From Selaginella moellendorffii (Eukaryota > Plantae > Lycopodiophyta), in NCBI RefSeq assembly GCF_000143415.4, contig NW_003314382.1, forward strand, positions 150,210 to 214,209: DNA of 64,000 bases, given 5' to 3'. The notes beneath the pieces are model-generated. The model saw nothing but the letters and a program-made list of their open reading frames with translations, had not been told where the DNA came from and made no database searches. Of the stretch, positions 32,484 to 44,224 are shown in pieces. Each line of letters starts with the position of its first letter. Within the stretch, counting starts at the first letter, position 1. The position numbers and the translations under genes are program-made.

Positions 32484-34181
32484 TCATCTCCTCGGACTGC
32501 TTCTTCTGGAGATCCTGGAGCTCATCTTCTCATCCTTGAAACCGGCCCCGGACATCGATGCGTATGCCGCAAGAGCCTCCTCCACATGTCCGGCATGAAG
32601 AAATCCCTCCACGATAATGGCATACGAGGCTCTGTTCGGACAGACTCCCTGAGCCGTGAGTCTGTGCAGCAAGTTAGCAGCATCGTTCACCATCCCGGCC
32701 TTGGCATACGCGTCAATCATTGTGTTTAGAAGATGGACGTCGGCTCGGCATCCATACGCTTCCATCTGTGAGAAGTGCTTGCGTGACTCCTCGAGCAAGC
32801 CTTTGTGGAGATGCGCGGAGATTAGCGACGTGTAGGTGACGATATTCGGCCTGTGTCCTTCCAGCTGAAGCCTGTGGAATATCAGGAGAGCGTCCGCCAC
32901 AAGACCAGCTTTGCCGTAGACACTGACGAGCAGGCTGTAGACGAAGAAATCCGGCTGGCACTTGTTCACCACCATCTCCTCGAACATTTCGATCGCTTCC
33001 TTGTGCATGGAGCTCCGGCTAAACATCTGTATCAGCGTGGTGTAAGTCACGATGTCCGGAAGAACACCCGCGGCTTTCATGTTGCTGAAAACCTGTAGTC
33101 CCCTCTCCGGCTTCCTGGACATGGCGTATGCGGCGATCAAGGCGTTGAACGAGAACAAATCCGGCCGGAGCTCTTGCCGTATCATCTCGCGAATCACTTC
33201 CTCCACCTTGTCAATGCTTCCTTCCTTCGTGAACGCGCAGATCACGACGTTGTATGATCGTAACGTGAGCGCCACCCCTCTAGACTTGATCTCCAAGAAG
33301 AGCCTGTCGATCGGATAGCCATTCTTTCCACTTCCACTTACAAGAATGTCGTAAGTAACTTCGTCTGGATCGATGCCTTCCGCGAGCATTTGGTGGTAAA
33401 CATCCCAGGCGTCCTTGGGCCTCTTTGCCTGGTAGTATGCTGCTATCATCGCATTGTATGGACGTAGCTTATCCCAGTCCTGGAGCTTGATCCACTGGAA
33501 GAGCTCCTCGGCGTCCTCTATCAATCTAGCCCGGCTCAAAATGCCCAGCACCATGTTGCAAAGGTGTGCCTTTGGAACCAGCCTTCCTTTGCATCTTTGC
33601 ATCCAGTAGAACACCTCGAGCAGCAGTGCGTGCTTGCCTTGAGCGTCCAGATCCTTGATAACGTTGGCGAGGTCCACTCTGGAAACTTTTCCCAGCCATC
33701 CATCGAGGATGGTCGCCACTGGAAGCCCGCCCCCCTCTAGCTGATCGTTGGCGAGGAGCTCGTTTAGAATCTCCGTTTGCTTCTCTCGGCACTGTGCTTC
33801 CGTCCATGGCGGAAGTGGAGGGTGTTTGCGAGGTCTGATCGGACCAGTCCACTCCTTCTTCTTTCTTCTTTCGGGAGTTTTTTCTTCGATCACCTGAGTG
33901 GAACCATTTGAGCTCGTGGAAGCTATCTCGGCCTCCACGGGAGCTTCCCCGAGCCTAGGCACTTCCAGGCCTTCCAGTGACGATTCCAGTGCTACAAACG
34001 TGTTCTCCAGCGAAATCTGGTCCTCGGTGACCAGCAATTCGGCTCCTTTTCTAAATGCCGGAGAGAAAATCCTGAGCCTGCGAGAATGTTGCTGCGAAGA
34101 GACGACTACATCCACCCCTCCTCCTCCTCCTCCGGACTGCCATTGGTATGGCCAGCCAAACGCCATTGCGCTCGCCATCAA
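32484..34181 (-). CDS. P-class PPR protein (organelle-targeted; ends uncertain)
   Basis: 35-aa repeats PD.VTY..LI..., PDLFSFNALI and PNIVTYTSLI after an N-terminal low-complexity region. Confidence 0.85.
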   Translation of the reverse strand: MMASAMAFGWPYQWQSGGGGGGVDVVVSSQQHSRRLRIFSPAFRKGAELLVTEDQISLENTFVALESSLEGLEVPRLGEAPVEAEIASTSSNGSTQVIEEKTPERRKKKEWTGPIRPRKHPPLPPWTEAQCREKQTEILNELLANDQLEGGGLPVATILDGWLGKVSRVDLANVIKDLDAQGKHALLLEVFYWMQRCKGRLVPKAHLCNMVLGILSRARLIEDAEELFQWIKLQDWDKLRPYNAMIAAYYQAKRPKDAWDVYHQMLAEGIDPDEVTYDILVSGSGKNGYPIDRLFLEIKSRGVALTLRSYNVVICAFTKEGSIDKVEEVIREMIRQELRPDLFSFNALIAAYAMSRKPERGLQVFSNMKAAGVLPDIVTYTTLIQMFSRSSMHKEAIEMFEEMVVNKCQPDFFVYSLLVSVYGKAGLVADALLIFHRLQLEGHRPNIVTYTSLISAHLHKGLLEESRKHFSQMEAYGCRADVHLLNTMIDAYAKAGMVNDAANLLHRLTAQGVCPNRASYAIIVEGFLHAGHVEEALAAYASMSGAGFKDEKMSSRISRRSSPRR

Positions 34182-34506
34182 AATCTCGCAATGCCGCGAA
34201 TCAGCTTACCGCAGTGCCAGCGCGATCCGAGACAAGAGGCCATTCGCGATGAGTTGTCGAGTCCTGGAATTCGAGCCAATGCGCGCCGGCAAAGAGCGAC
34301 CGCGAGGATCTATTTGTGAACCCCTCATTTTTTTGTGATAAGACGAGCTAGGGTTTATGGACGAAGAACCCTAAACATGCGTTAATACAACACTTCCACG
34401 TGGCTCATATGATCTTCCCTAAATATCTGGAAGATCTTCGCTAGGTTTCTCTCCGGTGTAAGCACTCTAGCTCGCTGATCGATCCCTCTGGCGGTGAAAA
34501 TTTGAG

Positions 34507-35596
34507 ATGGATCTCGATGAGAAGGCGCGCGCGAGGATGTATCACCTGGCGTGCCATCTCGAGGACGGGTTGCGGCTCCAATCGGGCCCTTTGATCGTTA
34601 GATCGGTGAGTGTTTAGGCTGAATTGGATGTGGAAATTGGAATTGGGAATTTCTTCGCAGGAGTGTTCCTCCACCCCCGCATTTTCGGGAAATCGTCGCG
34701 ATAGCATGCTCATGTTTGCGAGGCAAGGGGCCGAAGCAAGAGGACAATTCATGCGACCTGCCGAGTTAAAACAGGCACGTAGAAAAAAATGCGATGTTCT
34801 TCCTTTGTTTCCATTTCCGTTCTATGATTCCGTGAATTTCTTTCTTCAGGTGATACCGGATGGCGAGAGCCGAGCGAGTCTTTCCAAGAACACTAGCAAA
34901 ATCAGTGGCGACTGTGCCAAAAAAGAAGACGAGGAGTTCTCCAACAGCAAAGTAGTGAAGTCTCGTGAAGATGAAACTCCACTCTTTGCGAGGCCGGCGT
35001 CCAAGCATGCGGCACAAATCAAGAGCTCTCGTCCTGTTACCGAGGCTTCAGGTACTTCCATCTGGTTCTTCTCGATCCATAAGTTGCAATGGTCTCTTCC
35101 TCCTTTTTTGCACGAAGAAGAAAAACGCGAGACTTCCATCCGAGGCTTTGAGTGGTCTCCTCGCATGGATGTCACGGAGTCTGACTCCGAGCACATTGTG
35201 ACGGTGGAGCTACCAGGTGTAAACGCCGAAGGAATTCGAGTGGAGATCGACCGTGGAAGGTGATGCTCTTCTCTAAGTTTCTTCTTTCTCATTTCATCGT
35301 TTTTCCAAACGCTGGATGGACAGGCTTGTAGTGACTGGATTTCGCTCCAGGGAGTGGTGGTCGAGCTCCCAGTCTTTCACTCAGAGTTCCGAGAGCGACT
35401 GCAGGGTTTATCACCGGCGAGATATTTCCTACGGCCCCTACCGCTCGGTGTGGAGTGTGCCCAAGAATGCCAACTTGAATGGAGCCACTGCCGAGTTTAT
35501 GTAAGAAAGTTTTGGCTCAATTCCTCTCTGATCTAAATGCTCTCTCGTGTGCTTTGCAGCGACGGGTTTTTGCGTGTGATCATTCCGAAGTCTTAA
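34507..35596 (+). CDS. Alpha-crystallin/HSP20-domain protein, multi-exon
   Basis: WSPRMDVTESDSEHIVTVELPGV...IRVEI, LVVTG.R, GPYRSVWSVPKNAN...AEF|DGFLRVIIPK*. Confidence 0.82.
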
Positions 35597-36462
35597 GAGC
35601 TTGAGCTCAAGGTTGCTCGCTATAGCTAAGTATCTGTAAATTTGGAGCTAGCTATGCATATAAATAAATAAATAAATAAATAATTAGTGCACTTTGAATG
35701 TTTAAATGATTAAATCTTAAGTATATTCTACATACTATATTATTAATCATTCGACAAATAAGTTAATAACCTTTACATAATTCATTCTAGAGTTTCTAAT
35801 GAAATACGAAGTGGCATTCATGGACAAAGCTTGTCGATTTTGATTTTCAGTTCATGCTTTCTACGAATCACACATCGTTGTTAGTTGAAAGTTGGGTTTG
35901 TAGTTTGTAACATCTATGTTCAAACCATGATCACGATTGGCATATGATTGGCGTGATTTTGTAAGCTTTGGCCCTTGCAGGGATCGACAAGCCGTTTATC
36001 TTAATCGATCAACCTCAACTTCAGCCGAGTGGAAAAATTAGAGAGTGGGTGTCGAATTGTCACGAGATTCTCGACTAAGATATCTAGCACAAGTAGATTC
36101 TGTCCGCTAAGTCCATTGGATCCGTAGATTCCCTCGCGCATGATTGGTACGGGAAGTCAAATGATACAGTCCTGTTTAGTCTTAACCTCGCGGCTAATAA
36201 CGACCGTGCCACGCAAGCTCCACGCACGTGCCACATCAGCGTCCAGCTAAGCTTTCATGGCATTGTCTACTTAATTTGCGACAAAGCAGCGCTTGAAACG
36301 GGCTGGAAGGCTTTCCCCGTGATCTCGTACTTGCGCGCCACACATGAATCCGGCGCTTGGCGCGCTCGAGAAGCTCACGATCTTGTGATCGATCAATAGT
36401 GTCGATCCTCCAAAGAGGGGAATTTGTGATCCTGGAGCTCCGGCGATTGGAATGTATCGCCC

Positions 36463-39400
36463 ATGGACGAGGACGAACCGAGGCTCGAGCGGGAGGGGTA
36501 CGAGGGCAATGGGAGCAATCGATCGCGAGTGTCGCGATACATCAGGGAATGGCAAGCCAGCAGCTCGGCGCTTAAAGCCCTAAGGCTCCATGTCATTCTT
36601 CCCGAGTCGCGGTAAGAGCGTTTTCTTGGAAATATTTCTTCCACTCCCGATCGATCGACACCGATCGGTGGAAGGATCACTCACTGAGTGGGCGCGACTC
36701 GCAGATGGCATCACTGGTGGACGACCTTCATCCTGGTGTCGGCGGCGTATTCCTCCTTCTTCACGCCCATGGAATTCGGCTTCTTTCGCGGCCTGCCCTG
36801 GCGCGTCGGGGTCTTCGACATGGTCGTCCAGGTGATCTTCCTGGCCGACATTGTCATCAATTTCTTCGTGGCCTACAAGGATTCCCACACCTACAAGACG
36901 ATCACGGACCACAAGAAGATCGCTTTGAGGTAAAAAGATATTTCCTTCCAGTGTTCTTGGATGGTGAATTGCTTGGCAGGTATGGAAAGACGGATCTCAT
37001 CCCAGATTTCTTGGCGTGCCTGCCCTGGGATGCACTGTACAAGGTAACCAATGGCTCACTCCACACACCACACCAGGAATTTCTTCGCGAAGATCACTCA
37101 AAACTTTTTTCTTTGTTTTCTCGTTTTTTTCTTCGTTTTTTTCTCAGGCTTGTGGAAGACACGAGGAGATCCGATACATGCTGTGGATCCGGCTGTATAG
37201 AGTTCGCAAAGTGGAGCGTTTCTTCAAGAGGCTGGAGAAGGACATTCGCGTCCACTACTTTGTGGCGAGGATTGCGAAACTGCTAACGGTGGAGCTCTAC
37301 TGCACGCACACGGCTGCTTGCATCTTCTACTACCTTGCAACAACCATGGCGCACTCGCAGGAATCCTACACCTGGATCGGCAGCCTCACGCTTGGCGATT
37401 TTTCCTACCACAACTTCCACGAGATTGATCTTTTGAAGCGTTACGTGACCGCGCTCTACTGGGCGATTCTCACCATGGCGACTGTTGGTACGTGGATTCT
37501 TTTCCTTGATCGTCGCAAAGTTTCGTGATTAATTATTCGTTGTTTCGCAAGGCTATGGAGATATTCATGCCGTGAACGTCAGGGAGATGGTTTTCGTTAT
37601 GATCTTTGTTTCGTTTGACATGATCCTGGGAGCATATCTTATTGGAAACATGACGGGATTGATAGTGAGAGGGTCGAGCACCGAGAAGTTTCGGGACCGG
37701 ATGGCGGGGATTATCAAGTTTATGAACATGCACAGCCTTCCAAGGGACCTGAGGCAGCAAATGAAAGCTCACGTCCGGCTCGAGTTTGAAGGGCAGCTTG
37801 CAGAACGGACAGTGATGAAGGAATTCCCTGCTTCTATTCGTGCCAAGGTAGTCAAAACAAAACCAACTTGTTTGATACTAAAAAGAATCTGTGAGCTTCC
37901 AGGTCTCTCAGGCCCTGTACCTTGATACGGTTGCGGATGTTCCACTTTTTAAAAGCTGCTCAAACGAGTTTATCAACCAGATTGTAAGTTTGTTTCGCTT
38001 CTGACTCTTGGATTCTGATAGGATTTTGTTCGTTCACCACTGACGCAGGTGAGCAACGTACACAAGGAATACTTTTTGCCAGGAGAAATAATAATGGAGC
38101 AAGGGAGTGCTGCAGATAGGCTCTACATTGTGTCGCATGGACTGCTGGCAAGTGGTTTTGGATTTCTGGCCTGTGCTTTTTGACTAAACAAGTTTTTCTC
38201 GTTTTAAAAACTTCCTTCTCAGGAAGTTGTTTCTGTTGCAGAAGATGCCTCTGAGGAAGTCTTTACAGTCGAGGACCATAACATTTTCGGGGAAGTTGCT
38301 GTGCTTTGCAACATCCCTCAGCCGTATACTGTCCGTGTGTCGGAGCTGAGCGCGCTACTAAGGCTGGACAAGCATGTGCTTACAAACATAATGCAAATCT
38401 ATGCCGTCGACAGTCGCCAAGTTCTCAACAATCTGCTCAAGGTACGAAAACCCCAAGCATGTTCCTCAGGTGTTTTCCTTTATCTGTTTCTTAGCAACAA
38501 ACGGGAGACTTTCGAATAAGTCAGCTCACTGACGAGATTCAATCGCAACTGGGGCACCAGCAGTCAGAGCTGACGTTGAGAATGAACAACGCTGCTTTTC
38601 AAGGCGACTTGTATTATCTGCGCAGCCTGATACGAACGGGAGCAGATCCTGTGAAGTCCGACTACATTGGGAAAACGCCTCTCGTAAGAAATCATTTACG
38701 CTGATTCTTTGTTGTGTGCTCATCAGGATCAAGTTTTGCAGCACCTTGCAGCTTCTAAAGGCTACGACGACATCGTCTCGTTGCTGTTGAGAGAAGGAGC
38801 AGACGTAAACGCTCTTGGTATTTTTCTTCTCAGTCCAGCGTACTTCCAATCTAAACCATCATTTGGGTGCGCAGATAATATAGGCAACAGCCCGTTGCTC
38901 GAAGCCATCAAAGGTGGACACGACTACACAGCAAGCATCCTTGTGGAGAGGGGAGCCAGGCTCAACTTAACTTACCCCGGAAACATGCTCATCCGCGCGG
39001 TGGTAAAGAACAACTTAGAACTCCTCAAGCGTCTAATAAACCATGGAGTGGATCCAAATGCGGCAGATTATTACTCAAGGACCGCATTGCATGTCGCTGC
39101 GGCCGAAGGCTTGAATTCGTTTGTCAAGTTCCTTATCAATGCTGGGGCCAACATCTTCTACAAGGACAGGTACTTTCGAACGTCCGCTCTTCTGGCAGGC
39201 AATCGATCACTCACGCTTCTACTGACAGATGGGGCCGTACTCCTTACGATGAAGCCAAGCGCTGTGGAAGCGTGCTCGTCATCTCTGCTTTCGAGGCAGC
39301 GGCTGAGCAGCAAACAAAGACAAGAACTGCGCCGTCACAGTGCAGTCCAAACATTGTGGAAGTTTCTGAGAGCCAGCAAGAGTCCCCGCGATCCAGCCTG

Positions 39401-39610
39401 AGGCATAGGAACTTGAGCTCGAGAGAAGTGGCGCTCCTCTCGTCGTCTTCGAGAAATCTCCTCCGGACAAAGAACCAGCAGCAGCAGCAGGATCTCCTCA
39501 GCCAGTCGTCACCGGATCATTTGGAGCTGGAAGTGCACAGCTCCCAGCCCATCGAGACTTCCACCGTCTTTCTTCACGATCATCCATCGACAAGCTCTTC
39601 ACACCTCTAG
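36463..39610 (+). CDS. Outward-rectifying Shaker-like K+ channel (SKOR/GORK clade) with CNBD and ankyrin repeats, multi-exon
   Basis: YSSFFTPMEFGFFRGLP, S4 IRLYRVRKV, pore TMATVG|YGDIHAVN, S6 SFDMILGAYLIGNMT, CNBD FGEVAVLCNIPQPYTVRV and ankyrin repeats (RTALHVAAAEG). Confidence 0.93.
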
Positions 39611-39693
39611 AGAAGAGAGCTTGAAGAAGGTATATAGTGTACCATTTGTACCATGTATCCATTATTTATTAACAAGAAGTGATCGATCAATTT

Positions 39694-40935
39694 TTACAGA
39701 GAGAAGTTCTCACCATCTTCCAGGGAATAGACGCCGGTAAGCATCACATAAGGAGCAGCGTTCTCGGGGTCACACTCCAGTGCTCGTCTAGCAATGCGTT
39801 CTCCACGATCACTCTCGCCATTTAAGTTGCAAGCTCCAACTAGCGATCTGGACATCGCCATCTCCACTGCGGGCATGGAAGCAGCGAATTCTTCCGCCTC
39901 GCGGAGCCTCCCGGATCGACCAAGGAGCTCGATCATGCAGCAAAAGTGCTGGTGACTGGGGACGAGGTGGTGGTCTTGGATCATCGAGAGGAAGTACCAG
40001 CGGCCAATCTCGACGAGGCCGATGTGATTGCAAGCGGCGAGGAGGGTGAGAAAGGTGACGGAGTTTGGGGCGATTCCCTCCATCGCCATGAAGCTAAAGA
40101 GCTCGAGCGTGGTCTTGGCCTGCCCGTTTTGGGCATATGCTTGGATGAGAGCGTTCCACTCCACAAGAGACTTTTCCGGAAGCATAGAGAAGATTCTTCT
40201 GGCCATGCAAAGATCGCCATTGTGAGCATAAGCGAGGAAAAGAATTGTCCAAGCCACAGCGTTGTGTAGCGGCATCTTGTGAAATAGCTGGAGCAACAAA
40301 GCAAAATTGCCTACTTGGGCATTTGCTGCTAAGATTGTAGTCCAAGATGCTGTGTCTTTTTCCAACAGACTAAAAAACATCTCTCGAACTCTTCCAAAAT
40401 CTTGGCTTTGTAAGCAAGCATCCATCATCGCGTTGCATGACACGGAATCCCGCCGCGGCATTCGGTCAAACATGTCTTTCGCAAGCTCAAAATTCCCTTC
40501 TTGGGCAAGTGCTGCAAGAACAGTCGTCCACGACACAACATTACGATTGCCCATGATATCAAACATCTCTTTGGCTTTTCCCAAACAGCCGCTTCGAGCG
40601 TAAGCTTGTATCATCGCATTCCATGCGACTCGATCCTTCTCAGGCATCCTACCAAAAATCTCCCTCGATTTCTGTAAATCCCCTCTTTGGGCATACACTG
40701 CAAGCATGTTTGTCCAGGAGAAAAGATTCGGCTCCTGGATCCCATCAAACACAGCTCTGGATTCCTCCACGCTGCCGCACTTGCCATACATTTCAACCAG
40801 GAGATTCGCAAGAAATCGCTCGTGGATGAGCCCACTCTCGAGGATTTGCGCGTGGACGCATTTGCCCTGCAAGAGATCCCTGGCATTACGGCACTTCCTC
40901 ACGAGCTGGGCAAACAAATAAAGCTCATGTCTCAT
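39694..40935 (-). CDS. PLS-class PPR protein (E, no DYW)
   Basis: 413-aa intronless ORF with FLANLLVEMYGKCGS and HFCCMIELLGRSG...PYVML end. A telo-box lies just upstream (40940-40947). Confidence 0.9.
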   Translation of the reverse strand: MRHELYLFAQLVRKCRNARDLLQGKCVHAQILESGLIHERFLANLLVEMYGKCGSVEESRAVFDGIQEPNLFSWTNMLAVYAQRGDLQKSREIFGRMPEKDRVAWNAMIQAYARSGCLGKAKEMFDIMGNRNVVSWTTVLAALAQEGNFELAKDMFDRMPRRDSVSCNAMMDACLQSQDFGRVREMFFSLLEKDTASWTTILAANAQVGNFALLLQLFHKMPLHNAVAWTILFLAYAHNGDLCMARRIFSMLPEKSLVEWNALIQAYAQNGQAKTTLELFSFMAMEGIAPNSVTFLTLLAACNHIGLVEIGRWYFLSMIQDHHLVPSHQHFCCMIELLGRSGRLREAEEFAASMPAVEMAMSRSLVGACNLNGESDRGERIARRALECDPENAAPYVMLTGVYSLEDGENFSL

Positions 40936-41006
40936 AGATTAGGGTTTATGGAGGAAAGAGGAGCTATCCCAGACAGAGAAGATGCCCTGTGGCAGAGGCT
41001 TCGCTG

Positions 41007-42497
41007 TTAGTCTCCCATCGTCATCGTCTTCACTGCTCGCGCAAACGCTGCCAGATTCTCGTGGGAGTTCCCGCCTGGATTGGCAGTAGCGCGGGCCACA
41101 TTCTTGAGATCTTTCGCTCTCGCCCATATCTCCTCCTTGTCCATTCCACTCATGAATTCAGTGATCCGCTGCTCCACGACACCCCGGGTCACCGTGCCGC
41201 CGTCGCCTCGCCGCCACAGTCTCTTCCCCACTCGCCAGTCCTCTTCCACCAGCTTGGCGTTGGTCCTTTGCTCCGAGTGGCACGGCCATCCCAGCAGTGG
41301 CACGCCATAGCAGATGCTCTCCAGCGTCGAGTTCCAGCCGCAGTGCGAGAGAAATCCTCCGATGGAGGAGTGCGCTAGCACTCGGACTTGCGGCGCCCAC
41401 GACACGACCATTCCTTGCTCGCGCGTCCTCTCCAGAAACCCCGCGTAGAACTCGTCGTGAGTGGCGCTCCTCTTCACCAGATCCTCGCGATTCACCCAGA
41501 GAAACGCCTGCTCGCTAGCCTCCAGCCCCGCGGCGATCTCCTGGAACGTATCCTCCGAGAGAACGCTGATGCTCCCGAACGAGACGTAGAGCACGGAGCT
41601 CTCGGCGCGCGTGTCGAGCCACTTGAGGCAGCCATCCTCCTCGTCTCGGAGGCTCACTCCCTTGAGCGCTGCTGGCGATTCGTGGTGGGAGACTGGGAAG
41701 AGTGGCCCGATCGCCGCGAACTTGCTGGCTGGCAGCGCCGCTTGCATCGCGTGGAACGTCTCGGGCTCCAGCTCCGCCATGCTGTTGACGAGGATCCACT
41801 CGCAGTGCTTCATGCGATCCTGGTCGTAGTCGAAGAGAAGCCGGCGACTGGGGGTCCCGAGCTTTCGCTTGAAGTACTCCGGAAGATCACCGTACTCCAG
41901 ACCGGGAACTCCAGGGATGTACGTGATGATCCTGTCCTCCTCCCTCTCTCCTGCATGGATTTCACAAACTTGGTTGACTACTACTGACAAGAACTTTGGC
42001 TTGCCTTGGCAGAAGAGATCGCCGTGGGCCTCGAGCAGCTTCATATGGTGGTGGAGTGAGCTCCATGCTGCGTTTCCAGGCCAGTAGATTGCGCAACCGG
42101 TGCCTAACGTCCTGGCCAGCTCGAGGGGCCAGCCAAGGAAGAAGTCGGCAATGATGCAACAAGGAGTTGGCGTGAGCTCACGTACGAGCTCCTCCACCGG
42201 AGCTTTGAGGCTGTCAACTGCGTCGAAGAGAGCTTCCGGGTTCTCGAGGCACGACGCGTCCACCCCGGCCGGGAGCTTGAGGCCGCACTCGACTTGCTCC
42301 AGCCGGATGTCCGATCCCGGTGGGCAGCTCCATTGCTTGAGGAGCATCTTGTGGACGCTGTCCACGTTAACCAGCGTGACGATGATCTCGTTGGCAGCTA
42401 GCTTTCGGGCGAGATGGATCATCGGTGGAATGTGACCCTGAGCCGGGTATGGGACGAGAACAACGTGTGCGGTTTGATCTTGTGGTGTAGCACCCAT
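41007..42497 (-). CDS. Family 1 UDP-glycosyltransferase; probable in-frame 54-nt GC-AG intron at 41951-42004
   Basis: HVVLVPYPAQGHIPPM and PSPG box WAPQVRVLAHSSIGGFLSHCGWNSTLESICYGVPLLGWPCHSEQ. Confidence 0.93.
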   Translation of the reverse strand: MGATPQDQTAHVVLVPYPAQGHIPPMIHLARKLAANEIIVTLVNVDSVHKMLLKQWSCPPGSDIRLEQVECGLKLPAGVDASCLENPEALFDAVDSLKAPVEELVRELTPTPCCIIADFFLGWPLELARTLGTGCAIYWPGNAAWSSLHHHMKLLEAHGDLFCQGKPKFLSVVVNQVCEIHAGEREEDRIITYIPGVPGLEYGDLPEYFKRKLGTPSRRLLFDYDQDRMKHCEWILVNSMAELEPETFHAMQAALPASKFAAIGPLFPVSHHESPAALKGVSLRDEEDGCLKWLDTRAESSVLYVSFGSISVLSEDTFQEIAAGLEASEQAFLWVNREDLVKRSATHDEFYAGFLERTREQGMVVSWAPQVRVLAHSSIGGFLSHCGWNSTLESICYGVPLLGWPCHSEQRTNAKLVEEDWRVGKRLWRRGDGGTVTRGVVEQRITEFMSGMDKEEIWARAKDLKNVARATANPGGNSHENLAAFARAVKTMTMGD

Positions 42498-42924
42498 GGC
42501 TGGAAGAAGAGTTCGTCAAACTCTGGGAGGGGAAGAAGCTTGCGTACCTTTGGCGCTGGATGTTTAGAACTTTAGCTACGACTGTGATTCATGCTGCAAT
42601 CCCACACAAGAGGTAAGCCTCAAGCTTCTCTGTGGTGACCGTGCAAACAAGCTGGCTGCTAGTTTGCAACAAAGCACCATCACATATCAATGGCAGGAAA
42701 TTTTGAGGGGACCACAGCAACTAGGAAATTTTGTTTCGACGTGACTAACTGGCTGAAATGGATTTCCTGGTTCTCTGGATTGGGTACAAGTCTGGTAATG
42801 ACGAGGTTAATAAACTGAAATGCTGATTTGGGAGTGTGGCTAACATGTTGCCACTTGGAAGTGCAGAGTTATCTCGTAAAGGTGGAGGTGGAGCTCCAGC
42901 TCCAGCCTCGAAGCTCGTGTGGCT

Positions 42925-44137
42925 ATGGCTGCCACCGCTTGCAGTAGATTGACGTACTTTGCTAGTCCGCACGAGGCTACGCAGCTCATCAGGCCGTGCC
43001 GCTGCACGCTACTCAGATTCAAGCTGCGGCATTCGAAGGGCTTTGGTTTGCCAGAAAGAAAGGAGGCGAGGAGCATACAATCGCTGCGTGCGAGCGTAGC
43101 GGACGGGCCATCCACTTCCACTTCCACTTCCACATGTAAGTCTAGAACTTCGCGAGGAAATTTTGGTCCATCATACAGCTGATGCCAGTGCGTGCGTGCG
43201 ATGGAAGACACGTACAGTGGTGACACAGGATATAATCTTTTCTTGGAAGGGCCAAGCTTCCGAGGTGCTGCTCACCGGCGACTTCCTCGAGTGGCAAAAG
43301 CAAGTCCCTCTTGAGAAGAGCCCGGATGGTACATTTCAGATCAAGCAAGTAAGTTCTACTTCGAAGTTCTTGCAATTAGACTGTCATGGGTGTTGTTTCC
43401 AGAAGCTAGCTCCGGGATCATACAAGTACAAGTTCATCGTGGATGGCCAGTGGATGCACTCGCCGGACTCTCCGACGGCATCCGATGGTACCGGTGGCTT
43501 CAACAACGAGCTCATCGTAGCGGAGTCTGCCGCAGGTTTGATACAAGTTCTTCCATGTCTCGTGCTAGTTCATCCGTTTTTATTCGTGTGCTCGCAAAAC
43601 ACAGGCAAGGAAGCTCCTCCTCCTCCTCCGGCAAAGGAAAAGCCGGAAAAGCCCGCAACAAAGCCAAAGCCAAAGAAGCCCGCAGCCAAGACTTATCCAG
43701 CTCTCATGGTAGAAGACGTCGCTCCGCGTCTCCAAGCAAAACTGGCGAAGGAAGAGAACCTTGCTGACGTAGAAGTTTGCTTCGAGAACGACCAGGTTCG
43801 TCTCCACTCGACATCGCGATATCTTTGCCAATCACCACTTTGCAATTGCAGTTAAGGGGCTCTTTCTCGAAGCTCGGCGTTCCATACACATTCTGGGCCT
43901 ACTTCCCAGACGCGAGCTTGGAAGGTACGTGCATGGATTTTGCCATTTTGCACTCAAAATCGACACTCAAAGCTTTTGGAACAAAAAGGTGCTAGAGGAT
44001 TTTCGGTGTCTGCCTATGGATCACCTCCCAGCACCGTGGAGCCATTCTTGATCGACGAGAAGAAACTCACGGCGGATTTGATCGTGTATTGGGTGCACAA
44101 GCGCCTTTTTGCGCAAAACCTCTTGGAGTTAAACTAG
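42925..44137 (+). CDS. Plastid-targeted CBM48 (AMPK-beta/PTST-like glycan-binding) plus NdhV/DUF2996-like fusion protein, 6 exons
   Basis: Transit-like N-terminus; FSWKGQASEVLLTGDFLEW...LAPGSYKYKFIVDGQWMHSPD...GGFNNEL (CBM48); Pro/Lys linker; LMVEDVAPRL...FENDQLRGSF...YTFWAYFPD...GARGFSVSAYGS..STVEPFLIDEKKLT...VYWVHKRL (DUF2996-like). Confidence 0.82.
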
Positions 44138-44224
44138 CAAATTAAAATTTTATGTGTAACACTATAATGGTTAAAGTTAATTAACCACGTTACTAAAACA
44201 AACCGAACAGCCACGTGGCTTTGG

